Part shown: positions 34,614 through 41,095 of the stretch, piece by piece
Numbering within the stretch: the stretch's first letter is position 1
How the letters are laid out: each line of letters begins with the position of its first letter
Source: Pirellulales bacterium
GTDB taxonomy: Bacteria > Planctomycetota > Planctomycetia > Pirellulales > PLA5
Direction: 5' to 3'
NCBI GenBank assembly: GCA_040901705.1
Contig: JBBDYI010000374.1
Span: 1 to 61,337 of the forward strand
DNA length: 61,337 nucleotides
Notes under the pieces: model-generated
What the model saw: the letters and a program-made list of their open reading frames with translations, nothing else
What the model was told of the DNA's origin: nothing
Database searches by the model: none
Position numbers and translations under genes: made by a program

Positions 34614-37175
34614 TTATTCAGGCCCCGGCTCCGGCCATTTCAAGTGTTTGTGCAAAAACTTGAACGTCCCTTGGCCGTTGATCGTGTGCGGGCCGACGAA
34701 CCATTCGATTTCGCACCGGTCGCCGATCCCCAGCCGCGCGGCGTAATGATGCCGCACCTTGGCGAACTCGTGGGCGACGTTTTCGTCCGAGCCAACGCCG
34801 TCGAAGTGCCCGCGTTCCACCATGAACGGCCGCGGAGCGATCAGGGCCGCCATTTCCGCGTAGTTGAACGTGCTGCCCAAGTCCCACTCGAAGATTTCGT
34901 ATTCGTTGCTCCACACGTAGCTGTGCGGGTCGCGCGTCGAGGCGTTCTTGTCGACCCATTCGTTGAAATCCGCCGAGCAGATCGACAAACAGTAATTCTT
35001 CACGAGCGGCGGAATCCGCATCGCGCTCTTGCCGCCATACGACAGGCCGTAAAACCCAATCCGCTCGCCGTCGACCATCGGCAGCGTCTTGAGCCAGTCC
35101 GTAATCTGCTGATGCTGCGGCACGATCACCGAGAACAACGTCTTGCCAAGCGGGTTCGCCTTTCGCTGCAACGAGCGAAAGCGGTCGCCAAAGATGTACA
35201 AGTTCTGCGGAGCGAACGTGATAAACCCCCGCTCACAAAGCTTGGCGGCAAAGTCGTGATAGGCGTCTTTGTTTCCTTCGATCACGTCCTGCGGCCGGCC
35301 CTCCAAACCATGCTGACAAACCACCACCGGCCGCTTCTTGCCCGGCTTGATGTCTTTGGGCACCAGCAGCACGCCATACGCAATCACATCGGGAAATACG
35401 TCCAGCACGACTTCGTACCCAGTCCACTTCTCCTTGTCGTAAGCCTTCCGCGTCCGCGGATTCGCCGGCAACAGCGGATCGTCGAACCGGCCAATCACGT
35501 CGTTGTAGAATTTCTCGCGATACTCGTCCGCCACTTTCTCATACGCCGCAAGGTCCTTCGTGTCCGTTGCGTCGTAAAGCCTCTTCATGTACCGCTCGCG
35601 AACATACGGGCTTTCGCGAAGGACGAGTTGCGTGTGCCGGTCGATCTCGGCGATTTGGCGGGATTGACGGGCGGGTGGATCGGTTCTTCGAGTATTAATA
35701 ACGGCTTTGCTTGGCGACATCGCTAGTTTCTCATTGCTTGCGCACGTTCGCACAAACTCCGTTAGCGCCGAATCTCCGCAGAATCGCGAACGATTGGTCA
35801 CGTCGCCGTGAAGTGACCAGAAACGTGATGCGGCCTTGAATCCATTGAGAGCTTCATCGACGAAGTGGAGAAGCAGCGCGGCGGCTACATCGTTACTTGG
35901 CGAGACGATCTCCGCCGGCGCGCCACCATTGCCGGGCAAGTTGACTCTAGGGCTTGTCGCAATGTCGACGATCAACCGTCGCGGGGCCACCATCGTAATC
36001 AAGTCTTGATCCGTGAATTGCACGAAGAAGTCAAACACATTGCGGTCGATGGGTTGGCGCCAGAAGCGGAGTTCGCGTACTTCGCCAACGAATCCGCTTA
36101 CGCATGTGGCGTTGATGCGCGTGTCTAACGCGGTGGAGTACAGGGCGATCATGCCGCCCTCGCCGTAGCCGATGACGCCGATGCGTGGCTCAGGCTCTTT
36201 CTTGGTGGATGCCGCATTGCCGCCGGTGTTTTCACCGGCGGCTAAATGGTCGCGCTCGAACCAATCGACGAGGGCGAGGACTTTTTGGACTTCGTAACCG
36301 ATCAAATGGCGGCCGACCTCGAAACCGCCGCGGTAGAGATACTCGCGGTTGGTGAGCGTTGCTCGGCCGTTGCGCTGTTTAAGTTCGCGGCTGATGAGTG
36401 TTGGAATCACCACCCGACAACCGGCTTTGGCCAATCGGCGCGCAAACTGTGATTCCGGCGGCACACCTTCCGCTAACCCAACGATCTGCTCCGGCGTCTG
36501 ATCCGCGTCGGGAATGGCGATCACGTCGGCGATTGGTTTCTTGTCGCCCGTCGGCACGCACAACAGCCCCTCGCCGTACACAATCACGTCGCTGCGGTTC
36601 GGGTCCGGGTCCGCCAGCACCGGCCAGCGAATCGCGTAGATTTCATAATTCTCGCCCTTGCCGACGAGGGCCGATTGCTTCGTCGTGGCGACGAGTTCCG
36701 GAGCGTCGAACGGTACGCGGGCGTCGCGGATGCCGAGGATGTCCGCCAGACGCTTACGGTTCGGCTCGATCGACTTGTTGTACGCCTCGGCCGAAGAAAA
36801 ATCCCGCTTCCAATGCCGCTCCCGCTTCTCCACCGACTCGTCGATCTTCCGCAGCAGAAACTTATCAACGCCATCGACAAGCTGCGAAGCAATATCGCCC
36901 TCCATCACGAGCGGCTCCGTCCCAGCCAGCGGCTCAGGCTTCGGCTCGTCGGCGAATGTCGAGCGCGTTGGCAACGTCGCGCCCAGCAGACTAACCACAG
37001 AAAGCACAACGAGCACAGCGCGGCCATTGGCCGCAACGAAAAAACAAGCTGGTTCGTTTTTCAACGCGGAGGTCGCAGAGGTTTCGCAAAGGTCGCAGGG
37101 AATAGCGCGAGCGGGGCGGAACGGTGCATTGGTAAGGTTTCCAAGAATGTCTTCTCTGCGCCCTCTGCGCGCCAT
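34614..37175 (-). CDS. two-domain alpha/beta hydrolase (dienelactone-hydrolase / acetyl-xylan-esterase-like); N-terminal half lacks the nucleophile serine
   Basis: The C-terminal half has VVVCQHGLEG and the nucleophile elbow GLSYGG. The N-terminal half has the paralogous IGVIGYGEGG, with Gly at the Ser position. A signal-like segment is present (LVVLSVVSLLGATLPTRSTFA). The start is uncertain: the track opens at 37280, ATG 37175 (MARRGRRE) is used here, and a GTG near 37010 is also possible. The first ~60 codons overlap a palindromic repeat. Confidence 0.8.
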   Translation of the reverse strand: MARRGRREDILGNLTNAPFRPARAIPCDLCETSATSALKNEPACFFVAANGRAVLVVLSVVSLLGATLPTRSTFADEPKPEPLAGTEPLVMEGDIASQLVDGVDKFLLRKIDESVEKRERHWKRDFSSAEAYNKSIEPNRKRLADILGIRDARVPFDAPELVATTKQSALVGKGENYEIYAIRWPVLADPDPNRSDVIVYGEGLLCVPTGDKKPIADVIAIPDADQTPEQIVGLAEGVPPESQFARRLAKAGCRVVIPTLISRELKQRNGRATLTNREYLYRGGFEVGRHLIGYEVQKVLALVDWFERDHLAAGENTGGNAASTKKEPEPRIGVIGYGEGGMIALYSTALDTRINATCVSGFVGEVRELRFWRQPIDRNVFDFFVQFTDQDLITMVAPRRLIVDIATSPRVNLPGNGGAPAEIVSPSNDVAAALLLHFVDEALNGFKAASRFWSLHGDVTNRSRFCGDSALTEFVRTCASNEKLAMSPSKAVINTRRTDPPARQSRQIAEIDRHTQLVLRESPYVRERYMKRLYDATDTKDLAAYEKVADEYREKFYNDVIGRFDDPLLPANPRTRKAYDKEKWTGYEVVLDVFPDVIAYGVLLVPKDIKPGKKRPVVVCQHGLEGRPQDVIEGNKDAYHDFAAKLCERGFITFAPQNLYIFGDRFRSLQRKANPLGKTLFSVIVPQHQQITDWLKTLPMVDGERIGFYGLSYGGKSAMRIPPLVKNYCLSICSADFNEWVDKNASTRDPHSYVWSNEYEIFEWDLGSTFNYAEMAALIAPRPFMVERGHFDGVGSDENVAHEFAKVRHHYAARLGIGDRCEIEWFVGPHTINGQGTFKFLHKHLKWPEPGPE

Positions 37176-37274
37176 CCGCGTACTTTGCGTTAAAAAAACC
37201 AACCAGCCCAAATTTGCGAAAGCGCGCAAGAAGGTCCGGATTGGAAGTGCAGAGGTGCAGGCGCGAAGGAGGGT
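37038..37274. repeat. imperfect nested palindromic region with short tandem units (ctctgcgc cctctgcgc; ggtcgcagag gtttcgcaaa ggtcgcaggg)
   Basis: 37045-37080 (gctggttcgtttttcaacgcggaggtcgcagagg) is an imperfect inverted repeat of 37154-37207 (ctctgcgccctctgcgcgcc...ttgcgttaaaaaaaccaaccagc). 37247-37268 (gtgcagaggtgcaggcgcgaag) is partly complementary to 37154-37172. Confidence 0.55.
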
Positions 37275-37377
37275 GAACATCGGCGATACTCCCGTGAGTG
37301 GCCCGACGACCGGCCGTCGGGCGGTGGAGGAATACCACGATGCTAACCGCGCCGTCGCGGCGGAACAATCGCGATGC

Positions 37378-38028
37378 CTACCGCACCGAATGCACCGAGA
37401 ATGTTGTGTCCGGGACCATCGCGTTCATCTCGTCGAGAATCGTCGTGAAGTGTCGCGAGCGGACCGTGGTGCCGATGTTCAGTGCGCTGTCGTAGTCGGC
37501 GACGTGCGTGCTGGTGGCGCGATATTCGTCGCCGCGTGCGAGCACCGCCGTGTTGCCCGCCGCGTGGCCGAACTCGTGGGCGACGGGCACCTGGCTGCGG
37601 CACTGGGCGCCGGTGTTGTCACACTTTTGCACGGCTTTGAAGTCCTCGCTGTCGAGGCTGATCCGCCGGTCGGTCCAAAAAACTTCGCTGACGCGAAACG
37701 CGCCGGCGGCGATCTTCGTCACCGTAACGTTCCAGTGCGGCCGCGACGTGACCCAGCGAATGTCGAGGTTGATGCTGACCGGCGTGCTGCGAAAGCGGCG
37801 GGCGAACGCGGACGTGCCGGCCACGGCGAGCCTCGCGCGGTTGCTCCACGCGGCCCAGATCGCGCGGTCGCAGCGGTTGTGAAAGTTGCGTCTTTCGGTA
37901 AGCGTCCAGGCCGATTGCCCTGCGGCCGTGACCCAGTTGTACATCCATCGCTGCTGAAAGAACACAAACCCGGTGGCGGTATTGATGTCGATGACACACC
38001 AATCGGTATCGCGAACGACGTGACCCAT
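37378..38028 (-). CDS. small HExxH zinc-metallopeptidase-like protein, no signal peptide, family unassigned
   Basis: 216-aa ORF with an ATG start. VAHEFGHAAGN (HEFGH at 37564-37578) is followed 12 residues later by GDEY, a possible third-ligand Asp/Glu as in aspzincin-like enzymes (inference). Confidence 0.65.
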   Translation of the reverse strand: MGHVVRDTDWCVIDINTATGFVFFQQRWMYNWVTAAGQSAWTLTERRNFHNRCDRAIWAAWSNRARLAVAGTSAFARRFRSTPVSINLDIRWVTSRPHWNVTVTKIAAGAFRVSEVFWTDRRISLDSEDFKAVQKCDNTGAQCRSQVPVAHEFGHAAGNTAVLARGDEYRATSTHVADYDSALNIGTTVRSRHFTTILDEMNAMVPDTTFSVHSVR

Positions 38029-38044
38029 GATAAGACTCCTGAAT

Positions 38045-38065
38045 GGGAGATTGGAGATTGGAGGG
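38045..38065. repeat. heptad microsatellite (GGAGATT)x~3, 17 nt upstream of the HExxH gene start
   Basis: g ggagatt ggagatt ggaggg. Confidence 0.7.
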
Positions 38066-38231
38066 TTTCGTTTCGAGCCTTGCTTCGATCCTCAGTCCTG
38101 CTTAATCCATTTTCGCTGCGGTGGCCACGGCGGTTGCGTAGAATCTAGCAAGAAATCTTGCCGGGATGAATCGGGCACCGTATTTCGGGCACGGTTTTCG
38201 TCGTTCGCCGGAGGGCAAGCGTCGCTGCCGT

Positions 38232-39188
38232 TCAAAATAGCCGCTCCTGCCGCGGTCTGCCGAGGACGAACGCATTCCAACCGGCGTCGAGCAAGCGATC
38301 GACGAAGCTCGGCGGGCCGTGCGTGCAGTGGACTTCGCGGGGATTGACCTGCTCGACGGTCGCCATCAAATCGTCGTAGTCGGCATGGTCCGACAGCGGC
38401 ACGGCGTGGTCCACTCCCAAGCGATATTTGGCCGCCGGATCGTGCGCCCAACCGGTGACGGCGATTCGCACCGGCCGCCGCACGCCAGCCATATGCTTGT
38501 AGCGGCGGCCCGGCGGAACGACGACCGCTCTGCCGGGCACGAGATTGGCCGCCAGCCGCATGACGTTGCCCAACGGCATTCCCTGTTGTTCGTAGACCTG
38601 CGATACGCGATGCACTTCGGCGTGTTGGAGGACGGCGATGCCCGCGTCGGTGAGAATTCGGGTCACTTCTTGCGACTTGCCGAGCGCGTAAGCTTCGATC
38701 ACGGGAGTCTGCTTGTCGGCGAGCGTGCGGCGGACGAGGTCGATCAATTGCCCGATCGCTTCGTCGCGCGGCGGCAATCGATAGCGTGGATCGCCGAACG
38801 TCGACTCCATCACGAGTATGTCGGCCCGCGGAAGTTCGGCCGGTTCGCTGGTCGCCGAGGGGCCGAGCTTGAAGTCGCCAGTGTAAAGCAGCGTCTGCTG
38901 GCCGTTGTCGGCGAGCAACATCGCCGACCCCAGGCAATGCCCCGCCGGGAACGTGGTGAGCCGCAATCCGCCCCATTCCACCGTCTGCCGATAGGGCAGC
39001 GCCATCACCGGCCGCACGCCGCACCGCAAGTGGTACAGCGCCGCGGTCGCCGGCGTGCAGAGAGCCAGTTCGTGCCGAGCCATGTGGTCGCTGTGCGCGT
39101 GCGAAATGAAACCGCGCGGCTGACGGCGGCGAAAGTCGACGGCCAGATCGGCCGCGGTGAGTTTCAGGCCGCTGTCGAAGTGGAACAC
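38232..39188 (-). CDS. metallo-beta-lactamase fold, beta-CASP family nuclease (resembles the ligase-associated DNA-damage-response exonuclease)
   Basis: Motifs ISHAHSDH, FPAGHCLGSA, YTGDFK, LVMESTFG and LSDHADYDDL...VHCTHG. GTG start at 39188. No DNA ligase, Lhr helicase or PdeM gene is in the window. Confidence 0.8.
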   Translation of the reverse strand: MFHFDSGLKLTAADLAVDFRRRQPRGFISHAHSDHMARHELALCTPATAALYHLRCGVRPVMALPYRQTVEWGGLRLTTFPAGHCLGSAMLLADNGQQTLLYTGDFKLGPSATSEPAELPRADILVMESTFGDPRYRLPPRDEAIGQLIDLVRRTLADKQTPVIEAYALGKSQEVTRILTDAGIAVLQHAEVHRVSQVYEQQGMPLGNVMRLAANLVPGRAVVVPPGRRYKHMAGVRRPVRIAVTGWAHDPAAKYRLGVDHAVPLSDHADYDDLMATVEQVNPREVHCTHGPPSFVDRLLDAGWNAFVLGRPRQERLF

Positions 39189-39220
39189 GGGTCGGGGGTC
39201 GGGGGTCAGGGGGCAGTGGG
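39189..39220 (+). repeat. heptad microsatellite (GGGTCGG GGGTCGG GGGTCAG GGGGCAG) directly abutting the start codon of the beta-CASP gene
   Basis: gggtcgg gggtcgg gggtcag ggggcag tggg begins at the nucleotide next to the GTG start (39186-39188 on the minus strand). It contains five G-runs of at least 3. Confidence 0.85.
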
Positions 39221-39926
39221 CTGCGACTTCGTCGACAATCGGCGTTAGGCATCCTTATGGCGTTACGACTTGCGATCAGTTGAGCGCGGTTCGAGAATTC
39301 GCTTGTCGCTGGATTTTCAAGCAAGGGCACGATGGATTCAAGTCAGCCGGAGGTATTCGCCGGAATTGCTTTTCAAGACCGGCTGCTCCATGCCGACGGT
39401 GACCTGGTTGCAACGGTGGGCATCGCGCCGCGGGGTGCATCAATGGGGCGCTCAGGCAACGCTCGTCCTGGTCCGCCGTGGCGGCCCGATGGACACACAC
39501 CCCCGGAACGAGCCGTGTACGTAAGTGGATTCGCGGGGGCCGGTTTCGACGCAAATTGGTGTTGGGATTGGGTTTGCGCTGGCTTCCTGAGGAGCGAAAG
39601 AATCTGGGGATTTCGGCGTTGACCCCGGTGCCAATGCGGCTATGTTTGGGGTCCGGTTTCGGTCGCCGCATTGCCCGGATCGGCTCCACGCATTTTCGGG
39701 CCAAACCGGCTACAATGAGATCTTTGACTCGAGGAGTCGTCCGTCCGTTCGGTTCGTCGCAATCCTCGAAGGCGCGGGTGCCGGCAAAGGCCACTGGCCG
39801 GCATCCTGGTTTGGAATGACGCGGGTCTTCCGAACCCGACGAGGACCAGGCGCTGTTCCGCCACGAAGGTGGGCAGACGCGAACCGCGACAGCGTTCGCA
39901 TGCGTGCGTTGCCGCCGGCGTCTCAA

Positions 39927-39968
39927 CCGCCCTGGCGAATGGAATCGTACAGGGCGGGTTTTTCTTTT
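39927..39968 (+). terminator. rho-independent terminator-like hairpin plus T-tract
   Basis: The stem ccgccctg (39927-39934) pairs with cagggcgg (39950-39957). It is extendable by gcga/tcgt with one bulge. The tract g-tttttctttt (39958-39968) follows. The reverse strand lacks a T-tract after the stem, so it is orientated for the plus strand. Confidence 0.5.
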
Positions 39969-39993
39969 AACAGGCCGTAGGCTTAAGCCTGTT
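39969..39993 (+). promoter_or_regulatory. 7-bp hairpin (aacaggc / gcctgtt) ending 1 nt before the rsmH ATG
   Basis: aacaggc cgtaggcttaa gcctgtt, then g-ATG (39995). The 3' arm covers the alternative TTG start (39992). Confidence 0.35.
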
Positions 39994-39994
39994 G

Positions 39995-41026
39995 ATGTTC
40001 GGCCGAGAGTCAGTCCAAGGACCGATCGCGATGGGCGTCGACGGTAATGGGAACTTTCTTGTGCCTGTTGGTTCCGACGGTGGCGATGCAGCGATCCACG
40101 TTCCGGTGCTTTTGGCCGAAGCAATCGAGTGGCTTCGCCCGCAGGCCGGACAGGTCATCGTCGACGGCACCCTGGGCGCCGGCGGGCACACGCGAGCCTT
40201 CGCCGAGCGCGTGCAGCCGGGCGGACAGGTGATTTCGCTCGATCGCGACCCGGCGGCCATTCGCCGCGCGTCGCGCGATCTCGAAGGATTACCGGTGCGG
40301 TTCGCCCAAGCCAACTTCTGCGATTTAGCCGAAGTTCTCGAACTTCTCCAGATTGACTCCGTCGACGGCGTGCTGTTGGATCTCGGCCTGTCGAGCGATC
40401 AACTCGCCGACGACGAACGCGGGTTCAGCTTTTCCAGCAACGGACCGCTCGATCTGCGTTTCGATCCCGAAGAAGGCGAGCCAGCGTGGCGACTGCTAGC
40501 GGGGCTGCACGAAGATCGCCTGGCGAATCTGATATACGAATTCGGCGAGGAACGACTGAGCCGCCGCATCGCGCGAAAGATCGTCGAGCGGCGGCTGGCC
40601 AATCCGATCCGCACGGCAACTGAACTGGCCGATTTGGTGCGAAGTTGCTACCCTGCGTCGGCCCGGCGGGATCGCATTCACCCGGCTACGCGGACGTTTC
40701 AGGCCCTGCGGATCGCGGTAAACGAGGAGCTGAAGTCGTTGGAAATCGCCCTGCGGCGGACGCCCGATTTGCTGCGAGTTGGCGGCCGGTTCGCCGTCAT
40801 CAGCTTTCATTCGCTCGAAGATCGGCGGGTGAAGCAAGCGTTTCGCGGCGACCCGCGTTTGCGGGAATTGACGCGTAAGCCGCTCGTCGCCGGCGAGGCC
40901 GAATTGGCCGCGAATCCGCGGGCGAGAAGCGCGAAAATGCGGGTAGCCGAACGGGTTGTGCCGCCGCCCGATGCCGCGAATGCGTCTGGCGATCCGGTGG
41001 CGCGAGGCCGCGGCAAACGCCGATAA
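39995..41026 (+). CDS. rsmH: 16S rRNA (cytosine1402-N4)-methyltransferase RsmH (MraW)
   Basis: HVPVLLAEAIEWL...VDGTLGAGGHTRA...LDLGLSSDQL...RGFSF...PLDLRF...IHPATRTFQALRIAVNEEL...ISFHSLEDRRVK. Alternative starts are TTG 39992 and ATG 40031. Confidence 0.9.
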   Translation: MFGRESVQGPIAMGVDGNGNFLVPVGSDGGDAAIHVPVLLAEAIEWLRPQAGQVIVDGTLGAGGHTRAFAERVQPGGQVISLDRDPAAIRRASRDLEGLPVRFAQANFCDLAEVLELLQIDSVDGVLLDLGLSSDQLADDERGFSFSSNGPLDLRFDPEEGEPAWRLLAGLHEDRLANLIYEFGEERLSRRIARKIVERRLANPIRTATELADLVRSCYPASARRDRIHPATRTFQALRIAVNEELKSLEIALRRTPDLLRVGGRFAVISFHSLEDRRVKQAFRGDPRLRELTRKPLVAGEAELAANPRARSAKMRVAERVVPPPDAANASGDPVARGRGKRR

Positions 41027-41095
41027 TGGAAGATGGAACGAAACTGAAGCTGAGTTTCACGACGAATTCGGCGCGGAGACGCGCCCTACCCGAGG

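Noticed and set aside
34449-35726. 425-aa plus-strand ORF opposite the alpha/beta-hydrolase gene.
   Set aside because: It is Arg/Pro/Val-rich with no motifs. The opposite strand encodes clear hydrolase motifs (GLSYGG, HGLEG).
36658-39330. Long ORFs 36658-38148 (plus) and 38092-39330 (minus, 412 aa), which overlap the HExxH and beta-CASP genes.
   Set aside because: Their composition is low-complexity and Arg-rich. They conflict with ORFs that have complete catalytic motif sets.
39533-39560. gggggccggtttcgacgc resembles the 5' end of tmRNA (GGGGnnG...GGaUUCGACg).
   Set aside because: Downstream I could not find a tRNA-like T-arm (GGTTCGAnTCC), a complementary 3' acceptor strand plus CCA, or a tag-peptide reading frame ending in ..AA-stop. 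I also saw no RNase P (GGAAAGUCCGG) or SRP RNA core motifs in 39221-39994. An Rfam scan would settle this.
39276-40124. 282-aa minus-strand ORF and several 80-113-aa plus-strand ORFs in the gap upstream of rsmH (39270-39524, 39332-39622, 39478-39819, 39642-39980).
   Set aside because: There is no MraZ-like or other recognisable motif. The sequences are Arg/Trp/Gly-rich and third-position GC is visibly lower and unpatterned compared with neighbouring genes. 39332-39622 is the least implausible, but it has no supporting evidence.
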